Translations under genes and position numbers: made by a program
The notes under the pieces: model-generated
Told to the model about the DNA's origin: nothing
What the model saw: only the letters and a program-made list of their open reading frames with translations
Databases searched by the model: none
NCBI GenBank assembly: GCA_051362555.1
Contig: CM120647.1
Coordinates: 11,756,651 to 11,820,650 of the forward strand
Source of the DNA: Lingula anatina
Lineage: Eukaryota > Animalia > Brachiopoda
Direction: 5' to 3'
Length of the DNA: 64,000 nt
Shown here: piece by piece, positions 36,956 to 51,087 of the stretch
Position numbering within the stretch: the first letter of the stretch is position 1
Layout: each line of letters opens with the position of its first letter

Positions 36956-39542
36956 TAGTCTGGATGACTGGTGCTATATTTTGGCCAAATTGCTCAAAAT
37001 GTGGAAAAAGGATGAAACTTGGCACAAATGTTCTTTGGTCTATGCTGATCATTTTCAAGAGCAGTGCCCAAAATTTCAAAGCGTTGCTTAGCAACCGTTG
37101 CTATGGAAGTGAATTTCCTTAGTAACAAGCTAATTAGACCTTTCTTGTCCAGTTTAAATGGTTTAGAAATGCTAATAACTATGTTTCAGGGCATCAGAAC
37201 TATCACTAGACTATTTTAAGGCAATTAAAACCCAAATTAACCTTAGCCACGATTGCTAGGCAGCTTATTACCCTAGCAACAAGCATTTAAAGTTGCGTTA
37301 GTCTATTAAGTAAGGCAAATCTATAAGACTAGCTAAGAACTACACTTTTGAGCAAGATGTTCATACTTTTAATCCAGTAAGTTGAACCAATTGTGTGTTT
37401 ACACACATCCGATCAAATACATTGCCAGTGCATATACTTCAGGCAGCATGTTCAAAGTTAGTAACCAGCCATTTCCATGCTTTTATCACCTTACGACTCT
37501 TTATAAAACTTTGCAATAGTTAAGACGTTAAATTCTCCCTTGTATGTGCAATATACAGTGCATTTTGCTCTTGCACATTGTCAGCCTCTACATCTGCACC
37601 TACATGCACACTGGAGCAACTCTGGGCAGGTCAATAGCTTATGGCAAATGTGTCCACAAAGGCCCACTGTTCCGCACAAGTCCAACCAGAGTGAGCACAT
37701 GGTGTCTGATGACATGGCACCGTAGTGCTGATTCAGATATGTTCATCTCGCAAGAATACTCTTATATTGTTGTAGAGCAGCCTTGGTAGAAGTAAGATAT
37801 GGCATCTAACGGCCTTTGGGTGTGAACAGAAACTTTTGAACTTCATTGATTAACAAAAAGAATTAAAATAGAACCATGTACGTTTATTTTAGTTACTTGG
37901 TAGAGAATAGAAACTGACAAAATACAATGTGAAAAAACTTTTTAGAAAATATTGAACAAAATGAAAAATATCTTGGAAATCTGGTCTCTGAGAAACCTTT
38001 CAATAATAGAAAAGTCAACAGTGGTTAAACCTTTAGTATTTCTCATCTTACGTATTGCATGTATAAACTCCTACCTCAATACTTAAAAATATGCATATCA
38101 TATTTAACTTTATCAGGAATGAAAAAAGATACAAAATAAAATGAGCAAGGATGGCGTCTGATTACAAAAATGGACGGTAAAAGGTACCAAAAATAAAAAA
38201 TTTACCAAGGCCCTAAACTTTACATGGCTTAAAAGACATCTTTGTGAAGAAAATAAGAGTAAGTGGAGAGCGTTTTTCTCAGCGAAATGTCAGGAATCGG
38301 TAGTAACAAAAGGTGGATTAAAAATACTAAAAGAAACTTCTTATCCCTTTTGGCAAAGATTATTGGTTCTTTGAGTGAAATTCGGGAAAATTTCAATTTA
38401 ACCCCAGATGAAATCTTATCACAACCATTATGTCAAAACTCAAAAATTGAAAGAAATTAAAATTTTTTTTCCATAAAAGATGGTGTAAATTTTTTTTTAC
38501 ATCAGTGATATTGTAAATGACATTAGAAATCCCCTCTCTCTAGAGGAACTCAACAAAAAATCAACCTTGACACTAACTTTCTGGGCTAATTCAGCATCCA
38601 AAAGAGCTTACCATCTGAATGGCTATCTATTCCCATGGACGAAAATTACATATAGCATTCCAAGAAATAATGTACTCAATTAAACAAGTTACCAAACCAT
38701 CCAGATATTTTTTCGCAAAAAATCCTCCAAAGCCATATAATATCACCAGATAAAGGTGTAAGTGAATGGCAGACATATTTTAAAAAAAACCTTGAGTACT
38801 GATACTTGGGAACTAACATTTAAGAAACGGATCACAAGAAAATGAAGTTGCTCCAATTCGGAATAAATAATAGAATATTCAATACTTATGCTTATCTTAT
38901 GAATTTGAGAATTTTGCAATACTGCTAGGGAAAATATTCTGTACCTTTTTTGGGATTGTCCACATGTAAAAAATGTTTGGATGTGCATCATTTGCCCCGC
39001 TAAAGATAATTTAGGTGTGGTCATTGATAGATCTCCGGAAAGATTTGTATTTGGGTTTGTGCAAGCATACACTATTTATGTACCTATCTTAATAATTAAG
39101 AAACATGTTAGTATATGTAGAATGGGAACAGAAAGATGTAGGAACTGGAGGGTATGTAAAATGCTACAGAAATATCTGTATATATATTATTAAATATATA
39201 TTATTAAATATACAATGTTAAATACTTGTTGCTAGGGTAATATGCTGCCTAGCAACTGTTGCAATGGTTTACTTGGGTTTTTAATGTCTTAAAATAGTAA
39301 AGTGATAGTTCTGATGGTTTGAAACATTATTAAAAGCCTTTTTAAATCATTTAAACTGAACAAGAAAGGTCCAATTAGCTTGTTACTAAGGTAAATCACT
39401 TTCTTAGCAACGGTTGCTAAGCAACGCTTTGAAATTTTGGGCACTGCCCTTGAAAATGATCAGCTTAGTCCAAAGAACATTTGTGCCAAGTTTCATGCTT
39501 TTTCCACCTTTTGAGCAATTTTTGCACCAGTCATCTAGACTA
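36956..39542 (-). mobile_element. Academ-type DNA transposon, internally deleted derivative
   Basis: ~330-bp imperfect TIRs TAGTCTGGATGACTGGTGC/GCACCAGTCATCTAGACTA with a 3-bp TAG TSD. A minus-strand remnant at ~37530-37800 reads SESALRCHVIR..PLWTHLP..ELLQCACRCRCRG*QCARAKCTVYC, resembling the Cys-rich C-terminus of Academ transposases. Confidence 0.75.
38200..39180 (+). mobile_element. Decayed L1/Tx1-type LINE ORF2 3' fragment inside the Academ element
   Basis: Frame-broken peptides EILSQPLCQNSKI and EFCNTARENILYLFWDCPHVKNVW, a decayed CCHC knuckle typical of L1/Tx1 ORF2. Confidence 0.65.
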
Positions 39543-39632
39543 TAGCAGAACTACGAGAGGTATTGGCAATGCTAAGGCATATAGCAAAATGTCTGGGTAC
39601 CCCAAAGCGTTATCCGTCCACCTAGGGTGAAC

Positions 39633-39671
<39 letters not shown>

Positions 39672-40079
39672 TATGTTTGTTTGTTTGTTTGTTTATTCAT
39701 ATGGTTATTTACTCGCTTTTAACAGCGTACATAAGTTTGAAATCTGTTAAAAATAGAATATTCAAATATCATGCAGTAAGTTTTCATTGCTATTGGATGC
39801 GGCTTATCCAAACACTCCAAAGGTGAATGTCCTATAGATATTTGAATCCCCACGAGGTGACGTGCATTAGATTTACCAAGGTTGCTCTGGGAATTGAGAA
39901 GATAAATACATCAGAAATGAGCAAGAGATTGGCATGTTGGTACTTAAACATAAGAATCTTCAAAAAAAAACTCTCTCTGTCTCTCTCTATATATGTTTCT
40001 GTATAAGAGTCCTTGAATTTAACTTAAACCAAAAAGCACAAAAAAGTGCAGGAATTGAACAGTTGCGTTGAAACGTCTG

Positions 40080-40450
40080 GAAATTACTTCATTGAGAGCA
40101 CAGATGATATTAAAGAATGGATTCCATCGTCAATCTAAGACTACTCCTGATCCGGTAAGATAAATATATGCTCACAGCCGTCATCTATTATCACAAGGAA
40201 TGAGTTCTGACAAAGATAAGGCAGTGGTATTAAAGGATCTTCCGCTAAATGCATTTATAATCGGGACGAGCGATTGCCGGCATATAATGTGTATTCCGTG
40301 CGGGAAGGAGAAGTGCTCCAAAGGCAGTTTTCCAAGAATGTGGAAGACAAATGACCAAGGCAAAAAAGAGATAAAACTGGAAACGTATTCCAGTTGGCAT
40401 GGTGTAATCTTTTACTTAGTGCAGTCCACTGATTCCCGGCTGGGTTAATC
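40080..40450 (+). mobile_element. Possible decayed RTE-type LINE 3' end
   Basis: PCGKEKCSKGSFPRMWK..SW..LVQSTD loosely resembles the RTE C-terminal P.GKR.RGRP..W..AQDR motif. Confidence 0.3.
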
Positions 40451-40531
40451 GGTATACATGTACAGAATGAATAACGGTACAAACAGAGACACACACGCAC
40501 ATAAACACAGACAAAGTCTTGCCCCCCCTCC

Positions 40532-40562
<31 letters not shown>

Positions 40563-43500
40563 AACCACACACACAGTGACACACATACAGAAATTAATGT
40601 GTTGGATTGTATAGCAGGCATAATCATTTTTGCGTGTGTTCTAGAAATTAACATTATCGATATATTTGGAAAAGTTCATAACAAATGTCAAAGGGAAAGA
40701 ACGCAAGCAAACAAGACTCGGTACGTTGTCATAGAAGACAACTGAGATTTTGGCTGCGGAACTAGAGTGATTTGCCCATGGTGAAAGAGTCTTGCTCAAT
40801 TAAAACATTGAGGTTATCATCATATCATGAGCCCACGAGAACAGTAGAGTTGTTAAAGCAATCACAATCACTGTATTCAAATAAAAGCTTATGGGTCATA
40901 TAATATCTGTAGACATCCATGTACACGTTGACAGCATAAGCATGGATACTCAACAGCACAATCAACCACAGGCAGTCCCGTGAGACATTTTTCACTAACT
41001 TACAATTACCGGTGGCACAAATGAGGCATTTCTGGCAAAACGGAAATTGGACAATAGCTTACTGAGATGCATTAAAAGCCACATTATTAGAATCGGACAT
41101 GCGCGGCTCAATTTGCTATTAATGGTCGCTCTCATAACAGGGTCAACTACGTTATATTGGTAGTTGGTATAGACATACTGACGTCATCGAACGGCCATAT
41201 TGCTTAACATGGGGTTTAATGGCCTACATGTACATGTACGTTCCGATGGGGCTGACACGTGTTTGGATCGACTGGAGACAATACTTTTAAGTTACCTTCA
41301 TTAAAATCAGTCCCCGGTGATGTCACATATCTATTTTCGGTGACGTCACTTGAACAGTTCCCACTAACGTCAGTTAGTCAATATCCCGTGACGTCAGTCA
41401 ATTTTTTTTTTCTATGGAGGTCAGCTACTCTACACCCGGTCCACTACGAAACAAATATGAACGCGCCTTTGAAAATAGAAATTGCTATAGCTATGTGTTT
41501 TAAATCCGCAGACAATTGAGACTGAATCAGTTATACATACATCAGTCAAACCCCAGTGCAAACTTAGCTGATACAAGCAGGGATGGTCTCGCTGATTAGA
41601 AAAGGTGAATGTATCAATTATACAAAAGACGGGCAATAGGGAAAACTAGACTGGTAGTTAAGTTTGTTTGGAAGCAGTCTGGCTGACACGCGGTATTCAT
41701 TTGGTTGTGTATATCCCTCAGACAGAACTGGTAAGTATGGTTTGAACACTGCTTTCTTTGATTTTCTAGACATAAGTATATGCGTGTAATGAGCTAGGAG
41801 AAGTGATTTCAGGAGTTGATGAGCAGGCAGAATTGGCAAGAATCTTGTGATAAGTGTCTGTTTTGACTTCAAAATATTACTGTGATGTTTTTTTGTATGT
41901 ACATGCAGATATATTAAGGTATTTAAAAACGATGAAAAATACACCGGGTACCTAATTTATGTGCACATTAAAATTAAAGATATGCTATTTATAAACCAGT
42001 GAATTCAAGTTTGCATTTATGACAACGACAGTATATTTTTGATGAAACAAGGCCATTGATATTACTTGTTGTTTAAAAGCTCCCAACTGTTTTATTAGAA
42101 TGTAAGACTCATATAGACTTTCCGCATGAAGAGGTACACTGTATGTACACCGTGTTACGAACGTGATTATTGTGATATTGCCGTAATCAGACTTCAATTT
42201 AGAACTGTGTCCCGTGGCACGCTTGGAAGAAAAATCAAGACATGTTTATTCTCCCTTGCTGTTGTCATTTGGCCAATTTTCGAAGAAAACTACAGTATAA
42301 ATAATTAGATGAGTAGGCCTATATAAAGGAAGGGGATGTGTTAATAAGCACTGAAATCATTTGTGTTAAAATCAATGTTTTGATTACATACTGTGGGCAA
42401 TTATCATATCAAAGCCAAATCAGACAACAAAATGTCAGATTATACAAAAACAAAAGAGGCGAAATCATGAGAGGACTGAGTCATGACTGCGACCTAGAAT
42501 ATAGGACGATTAGCGTCTTGGAGAAAACTTTTGGCCTGTCTATCTCAAATGTCAATCTAATAGCAGTTTTAACATAAAATATCAGAGGTGCTTTGAGAAA
42601 TGACTGCGATAAGAGGTGTGGATCAAATTAATGACCTGTTCATGTATAACTATAACATTTCTGTGCTCTGGTCGGTAGACGGCACCACCAGATGATGTGG
42701 CCCGACCGGTAGATGGCACCGCCAGATGATGTGGCCCGGTATAATTACAGTAAAGTTAATTTGATATAACGAAAACAAATGTTTTACGGGATTTGATTTT
42801 TGCAAAAAAGCCTTGAAATGAAACTTGACCTCTGTGGGTTATTGCACAAAAGGCGAACATTTCAGTCAGGTCCGTGATGGACACAGTTTGTGTGACATTT
42901 GCATAATTAAGTCTTGCCCAATTATTTTTGCTATTCTATACACTATGATGCCGTCCAGTGTGGAAAGAAATTAACGGATATATTTGAAAAAGTGGCATGA
43001 ACAGTCACGGAAATATTTGACAAAACGCCTCCATCCCAAAATATTACGTTGAAAGACTCATAGAACTAAACACCAATATTTATATGTACATGTATAGCGT
43101 CTAATATATCATGTCGATTTAAAGATAATTTAAAGCAATTCATCCCTACAATGTATATTACACATATTTAAAATACAGCAATGAAGGGATGATACAGGTT
43201 TTCAGTGAAGTAAATGCATATGACGTGTAATAAGGCCTTTCTAAATTAAATTGGCGACGTGTATTCGAACGTTGATAACGTCATTAAAAGTGTTCCATTC
43301 AATTTGATCCGATTGATCTTCGTGGACAAATGTTTCTGGGAAAGATTGATTGGTGGCTTATATGTAATTCCAATTGCCTATTAAAACTGCCCTAGGTTGC
43401 CATTTTGGCATTTGATGGCTGATTGACAGCGTGATTATCCCCAGTTGCTTAATAGCTTTGATACGCACAATTCAACATCGATCTCGACACGCTTCATTGC

Positions 43501-43582
43501 TGTTTACGCATTCCTTCCCCTAATTTTCGAGCTCGTGCTTCGGGAAATGGTTTCTTCACATCTGGAACGAGATCAGTTGACG

Positions 43583-43786
43583 ATCCCTATTCAGAACCAA
43601 AGTTTATCCGTGGATTAACAGATCCGCGGACCAAATATGGCCGACCCAATGAAAATATTACCACGTAATTCCCGCAAGGAATATATATATATATATAATG
43701 TCTATTAGGTGATTATGCGGCAAGCTTTAAATTGGGTTTGATCTCTGGATCAGTTAATCCGCTGATCAACTTTTTCTGAATACCCC
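43583..43786. mobile_element. Palindromic MITE family (TATTCAGAA termini, AAATATGGCCG core); further copies at ~54345-54500 and ~59128-59308
   Basis: TATTCAGAA...TTCTGAATA ends, internal inverted GATTAACAGATCC/GGATCAGTTAATC, and the shared CCGCGGAYCAAATATGGC. Confidence 0.6.
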
Positions 43787-44029
43787 CTCAGAGAAGCTCG
43801 AGCTCATCCAAGTACACTGGCGCGGAATGTAAGTTTATATACCCTCCGCAACGGGTATGTTTGTCCGTACTCCCTGTCGCGTTAACCATGGAAATAACAC
43901 TGCCGTCCATACGATTTCAGTAAAACCCCGATTTTCAAAGACAGTGGGTAAATTACTTCTGTAAGCTCCGAATCTAAGCCGATCTAAGCTTAAGCAATAA
44001 AACACTGTTACCCGGGATGCAATTATCAT

Positions 44030-44310
44030 CAGTGGCGGATTTAGAGGGGGGGGGGGTGAGGGGATCCTGACCCCCCCCCCCCCCCCCCCTTTGATTTCTG
44101 GGCCCCTCTTGAAATTAAAATTTTGACTAGATGAATCATAGTCCTAAACCGTACCAAATGGCACCGTACGCTCTCTACAATACCAAAAGATGTCGAGGGC
44201 CTTCGGCGGGCCTCGAACCCCACGCAAAATTTGTGTGTGTGTGTGGGGGGGGGGGGGGAGGGGTCGGCTTCGAATCCAAGGCCCCCCTCACCCCTTAATA
44301 ATCCTAGACC
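44030..44310. mobile_element. G/C-tract MITE (CAGTGGCGGA terminus), right end decayed
   Basis: CAGTGGCGGATTTAGAGGGG start, internal poly-G/poly-C tracts, and the inverted GGGGTGAGGGG/CCCCTCACCCC. Confidence 0.55.
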
Positions 44311-46749
44311 ATGGACCTAGACAAATTAAGTGTTTTTTCTCCTTATTTCATTTATTATAATTTGCCTATTGTTATTATTATTCATTATTAATTACGCATT
44401 CATGGGTTTATCTAAGTAAGAGAAGTTTGAAACAGTGACAGGCAATTTACGGATGTTAATCCGAGTGAAATAGAGTTATCTTTATTTTGTAAGGAAGCAT
44501 CGTTTTTTATACATTTTTATGCAGCGGCCTGCCTCCACAATATTGCTTTATGCAAATGACAAAAAATTGCTTAAGCTGAATTGCCTATGCTTATCTTACG
44601 GCTTAACGGTACAGAATCTCTTCAAGGGAAAACTGAATTTAAGACACGATAATTATATCTGTATCAGACGTCCTTTACAGTGCGCTTGCTTGATAGAGGG
44701 ACATCTTCCTCTCTCCAGGATTAAGATTGCTTGCAATTATGTGCTGTGTGCTACAAGGTGATGCAATGTGCGAACAAATGTTTTACCTGTTTTTCATGTT
44801 ATGGAATTTTGCGGCAAAAACGCTTTCACCTGAACACGAATTGTGTGTTTTTATCTTCATCTGAGGACTTTGTTTGCCATCAGGTTGGGCAAGAAGATTT
44901 GAAAGAGGTTCCCTGGTATGACCTTGATGCTCAGGGACTATAAGGTAATGCATCGATATTGTTAAGGGGAAAAAAGTATCAATTCTTTAGAAACAGGGGC
45001 ATATGCTTTTATTCAAATTAATTTCATGTTGTCGAGTATCATTTTTGATAAATACCACATCTCACGACGTTTTCAAGTAACGGTTTATTGTTTACAAGCA
45101 ATTATTCCTGGAATGTGTGATGTTGAAAAATATATGAGTCTCGTAAATCCATTTAAATTGGAGAGAAAGACATCGTGCTGGAGCAGATTGGCAGAGCAGG
45201 CAATTTGATGACGCTTTTAAGCTATATCTACGCAGACTTAAGGAAAAACAGGAAAATTGAAGTGACCATGAAACTGAGGACCTCTCTTAAAATTTTTACT
45301 GAAGATACAGGCCTAGTCTTGACTAAATTACTAATCATACATATACACTGATCATTTCTTTAGAAACCAATTTATTTTTTTCGCCTGAAGTGTTTGTAAC
45401 GAAGTTGTTGACTTTATCTTTTGTTGTTACGTGAGGCATTAAATACAACACCGTTATATTCTTTCATGAACTACCTTCCAGTTGATTCCCTCGCCGCCTT
45501 TATTCATTTCTCTTTCTTCCTCTTTCAATTTCTAGAGACCTTCTCTCCGTTTACATTAACCGCAGTTGCGTAAGCATCGTGACGGCATGTCAATCATCTC
45601 AGTTCTTCTATAAAACACTCCCCGCTCCTAACTCAAACTAGGCTGTCAAATAAAAAGCATTACATGTCGTCAACTTTGATTTTAAATCTCATTAATTTAT
45701 AAAACAGCTATGAGTAAATTTATGTTTTGACACGAAACTGTGCTTTTGGGAGATTGTGTTCGCATTTTACACACGTAAGAGTTGCGATTTAATTCTAGAA
45801 AAGAAGGAAACCCAACAGGCGGAGACATGTGCACACATGGCGGGAAATAAAATATGCGCAGATACGATGAACCGTCAGCATACATACAAGTATAACAAAC
45901 CATCCTCTTCTCTGACACACTGAATTATTTCGAAAGCTTTATTTTTGACGGTTTAGATGCAGTAAAACATTACAAAAACTCGATTATTTCTAAAAACATA
46001 TGCTCACTGCACGCAAATGCGATTTTCACGGTACGATTTTCGTGTACTGGCGCCAAACTCTAGCGCTGACACAGGCATGTGTATACTTAATACTACCTCT
46101 ACTCTCAACAGTGTACCGGTGATTCTATTACCTTGTCACCACAACATGCGATACCAACGTCACCAGTGCGGTTTTAAGGATACAAAACGGAAATCAACTT
46201 CCATTGATACTAATTATAACAACCCCACCGAAGATTTTTTATTTTTACCGCAAGGCACGCAATGTATACGGGTGTGTTGAAGCATGATAATTGCTACTGG
46301 AAAACATTTACCTAACACAAACTAGTTAGTTACTAAGTCTGTTTTAAGTCGGAGAAAGCAATCAACATTATTATATGCAAGTTTAACTAAGCGTAATTTG
46401 AAAATTTATGCATATATATAATCTTATATTTAGCCAAACCAAGTCTACTATATTTACAGACATGTAAGTCCATGATTCGAGAAAACGAGATTCAAATTGG
46501 TAAAGTCTACATATTTTGAGCTAAGCTGTTCTAGGCACTCTGCCGTGTACGTTGTATATGTAGCCACAGAAAAATTGTTCTTCGTTTTATCACACTGGAA
46601 TTAGTCAACCTATAACGGGCGACTGCCGACCACCATATTGTGACTGTCATTTACAGCAATAGTAAGGGCAAAATACAGTATAATGAACATACTCTGAAAT
46701 AAAATGGAGTGTATTCCCAACAGAAAACTGCATGTGCCAGTTCACCCAG

Positions 46750-46751
<2 letters not shown>

Positions 46752-46803
<52 letters not shown>
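46752..46803. repeat. (TAA)n microsatellite
   Basis: Seen directly. Confidence 0.95.
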
Positions 46804-46904
46804 TTAAAAATCAAACATGAAACTTCAGATAACATTATGGCAAAGCTATAGGCATGATCAACAAGGGGGATTCATGTTTATATATCACTCTCACACAATG
46901 CTCA

Positions 46905-47023
46905 CAGACATGGACGTCTCAGACGGGGGTCTCTCGACCGATTCCGTCACTTAATGAAATACGGAATCACCCGAGTTTAGCCGAATTCAGAACACCTGTC
47001 GGGGACACTGTACTCCGTGTCTG
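46905..47023. mobile_element. Short MITE-like inverted-repeat element
   Basis: CAGACATGGA ... TCCGTGTCTG ends and an internal hairpin GATTCCGT-N13-ACGGAATC. Confidence 0.4.
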
Positions 47024-49119
47024 AAACACACCCCACCTCAGCGACCTCTACAGGTGTGTTCGCATTATTTCTTAGTGCTAAACGTCTTTATCGTTGTCAT
47101 TTCATGACATTAATCAAATCATCAATCATTCGCGCAATCACTTGGCAAGCAGTTTTCTCAGATTTCCAAGAAGTAATGATAAATTGGACTTCACAGCTGT
47201 ACACTGCATTTTGTACATAGAATATCATGATTGGTATTTTGATGATTTGGATAGGCTTGTTAGAAGTATCAATAAAGAGGACCTTGCCTATCTTTCTAGT
47301 AATTATTTCGTACATTGTTTTACGGGATATTACTCGACAAAACAGAGGATAGAATGTAATGCACTTTTACCAATGAATATCCTGAAAACAAATGAATTGG
47401 AAGCAATAAAAGTTGAGCAGAGTATCCCTGATGAACGTAGTCTAGTTTAAGTACACACATACTAATCACATGAACAGTGACAAATGCACGAAGCCGCTAG
47501 GGAACAGGGCCTTGGATTAGAACAAGTTGTACCGTTGACAGCGAATCATTACTCAGGATATGACTACAAGGTAATGAGAATACAAATTGCAGTGAAATAA
47601 TGAAATACATCGACTCCCGTATCAAAGCGAAGACCATTAACTCCAAAGCTAATCGACTAAAACTAGTTTATGTACACAGGCCGTGTCGACGTTGTTTTCC
47701 GAACTATATGGGAATAGCTTAAAAGAACTAAATTAATGAACAGGATATTAATGGCGACGGTTTGATTGCGTGATCTCCTTCGGCTTCTGGGATTATTTCA
47801 AGCTTGAAGAGCTACGTGATGGAGGAGAGAATAGGCCTATTCCTACTATACAGGGTAGGAATCAAGTGAAGGATAAATGTCGGGATTATCTTTTGCGGAT
47901 TTTTCCCGCCAAAATGAATTTTACTCGGGGAAGAAAGTAGTTTTCTCTTGCTTACAGATCATTGCTCGACCCGCCCCTACTATAAGATTGGCTATTTTGT
48001 TCCATTTTTAATTTGATAATTTTGTTCTAAATGAATGGGCAGTCAATTAGAACGCCTTGAGGCGTTTCATACTTTTTAAGGTCTGAATTGGAAAAGATAC
48101 TGTGGAAAAAATCTTTTGGAAGATTTCAAACGCGTACAGACCACCTCTAAGCAATGTATACACATGCATTTTTGTCGGTAAGAGCGTATAGACATTCTTT
48201 ATCGGTATTTTATTGACCTTAACCTTGGTATTGTATCTCGTGACACGAAAGGCGTTAAATGGTGCAATCGTTTCATCTGTAACTTTATTTAACTTAATTT
48301 TTTTCTTTTCTTTATTGGTTATTATTTTTATGTTTCCAAAATGAAAAGATTGATTACTGCACTGCAAAGGAAATAAAACATTGGCATAGGATAACTATGC
48401 ACTCTTTGGTTCTTGTGTATATTGGATACTAGTCCCAGTGTGTTAAAGTGTGCACAAGTACATGTCTACGGTATTTTCATATGGGTATACCGTACGCTTT
48501 AGAATATGTTGTAAATCACATTTTCTGTGTCTATATGTATCCATCCAAGCTACTTACTTTTTTTCCAATACAGACTTTCAATATGATAAATTTCATCACG
48601 CAAAAGTACCAAATGTTCGATATTTAGGGTCCGATATGTACCTCTGAAATGTCAGAGTAACAAAGCAATCTAATCGAGATTAGTTTAGATTGAAGTTATT
48701 AGAGATGGCATAAAGCAGCTTATCAAAGTGAAGGGATGGATCAAGCAACGCTACGTGAGTAAGATATTTTCTAATGAAGAAAATCCGATTTGACGCGAAA
48801 ATCCCGTACAGAATTCAATGAAACAAACGAGCCGTCCATTTTTCGTGCAACATACATGTAACAAGAGTCCTGATAAACAGGTGTCCTAGAAAATAAAAAG
48901 AAAATTGCTTTGTATGCATGTTCAAATCAGGTAACCTTTATTCCATGCATTACCTTCAACTGGATAAAAACGTGGTGTATTTCTCCATAGTTTGTTTAAA
49001 CCATCGTTTTCCTCAGGTTAATTTGACGGCTGTTTATTTTGGAACAGGCACTGCATTACTATGAGTTGAGCGCATTTAAGGGCACCTGCGCTCCTTAAAG
49101 TGAAAGTGTTCCAAGAAAG

Positions 49120-49330
49120 TGCCTTGCCACCATTACACTTTGGCTCGACTCTATTTATTTTCCCACCTCAAAGTAATACAGAGGAAACTACTGCCCAGAA
49201 TTTTAGGAGTCCCCAGCAGGTTGGTCAGATCTTGTTCACAGCCTGACGAACTTAAAACAGAAATCACTAATTTACGTCATCATGCGACTAAAATCTTATG
49301 GATATTCTCCGCGCATCATAAATGCTAAAC
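49120..49330 (+). mobile_element. Possible decayed Penelope-like RT C-terminal fragment
   Basis: RLVRSCSQPDELKTEITNL followed after a frameshift by YGYS, similar to the Penelope R..RICS...EL..L...NGYP motif. Confidence 0.35.
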
Positions 49331-50096
49331 ACGTATGCAAAGCAGTTTTGTGGCTTCAGTTAATATACGTGTATATTTCCAGTATAAGCTAGTTCGGCTG
49401 TAAACACAACTTGAATTTCTGTGTCGTCAACTGATTTGTTTTCGATCTTTATTAGCGCCGTTGTGAACGTGCCTCGATTTACCTTTGGAGTGTAACAGAA
49501 GGTGGCAGAGCAAGGAGACTGAAACGAGATCGCACGCCACAAGTGCCGTATTTCCAGTGATATCTAGGAACAATCTCGCAATTGTCTTCGCCTCTTGGGA
49601 CTCGAGGTGAATTAATCTGAGACTGTATGTGTTTGTAATATTGACTTAGTAGTGATCAGACGCAACGCACCGTCTGTATCTCAAAGACGCGAGCCGAGCT
49701 GATTAATGAAGACGTGTTTGTTTAGCTGTTTGCAGAAAAACAGACTGATAGCTACCCAAATTTTTCACTTCCAGACAATATCAAATGTAAAATGACAGGA
49801 ATCCCTCAGGAAAAATGAAGCTTTTTGCGTGGAGTCTGTTAAGGTAGGTTAAGATTCAGATGTATGTCAAACAAAAGATCACAGTGCCGGGATATTTCTA
49901 GAGGATGTAAACCATATTTCAATTCCGTAATGCCAGCGTAGGGTTACGTGAGCCGTGCGTGAGTTTAACGTAACTGACGTTGGCGTGACGTTAAAACAGC
50001 TCATATATCTCATAAATGTGGCTCTGGGAGCGCAACCTCTGTCGGTAATACTTTGCAATTTATCTTCTTATTGACGCAAGCTCTCTTAATGTGTTA

Positions 50097-50518
50097 CTGA
50101 CCCGTAGCCAGAGGGGGGGGGGGGGGGGGGGGGGGCGTTCGAAGGGACCGCCCTTTTTGCCAGGGAAAAAGTCCGCTTTGGTTAAAATTGGATGCTGGTA
50201 CATGAAAGTTTCATGGTAAAAGGTCCACTAAATTTTTAAAAAATAATAATAAAATTAAATAAAACTCTTATAAAATGCTGGCTACGGGCCTGTGTCAAAA
50301 TAATCAAACACGCGTTATGCAAACCGAACTAAATATCTGGCTGGATATATAACAGCAGGCCCGTAGCCAGCAATTTTAAAAGGGTGTGCTTTTTCTGAAA
50401 AAGTGGACCCTTTTCCATAAAAAGCTTCATGTACCTAGATCAAATTTTACCCAGAGTGCACCTTTTCCCAGCAAAAAGGGCGGTTCTTTCGAACCCCCCC
50501 CCCCCCCTCCCCGGCTAC
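50097..50518. mobile_element. Two adjacent, mutually inverted MITEs of one family (50097-50292 and 50356-50518)
   Basis: Termini CAGGCCCGTAGCCAG/CTGGCTACGGGCCTG and a shared AAAAGTGGACC core in opposite orientations. Confidence 0.75.
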
Positions 50519-51087
50519 ATGATGTTTTCTGTATTCGTTAAGAGCCCAAATTGCAATCTTGTTTTAACCATGCGGTGTACAGATCTAGCGCACAAAGAAA
50601 AAGGCTGGATAGCGTGAGTTCCTCGTTGTTATGATGCAAGGCAAGCCGTTTAACGAAAACATGACTTAGCTGAACACAAAACTTCATGTACAGCGTACAA
50701 TTTCTAATGTGATGACGTTAGAGTCGTATTTTCAAGACGTCGTCTGTTTCTAAATTTTCTACTCTAAATTGATTAGATCCGCCTTTCACAAAAAGAAAAG
50801 AAACACCTATTTTTAATTAGATCTCACGCAATGTTTACCGCAGTGTAATGTGTCTGAAAATGCTACACAAACAGTCTCGAAAGTGCAGATTGTCGTATTT
50901 GTCTCATTGCATTTAAAGCTATATTTACAGAACGTTGCATCTTACAGATAATACTGCTTTGAAAGGTTCTACCACGCACATTGGGCATTTGAAAACTCAA
51001 CAAAAGAAATGACCTCCTTTCACAGTAATTCAACAAGCCCGAACTGTTTAGATATAAACTCATGAATTGGCCCTTCGAATGTTAGAC

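Noticed and set aside
42672-42740. Two-copy ~34-bp direct repeat
   Set aside because: A simple local duplication with no further structure.
44884-44944. Candidate exon between CAG and GTAATG
   Set aside because: It has stops in all three frames and no partner exons.
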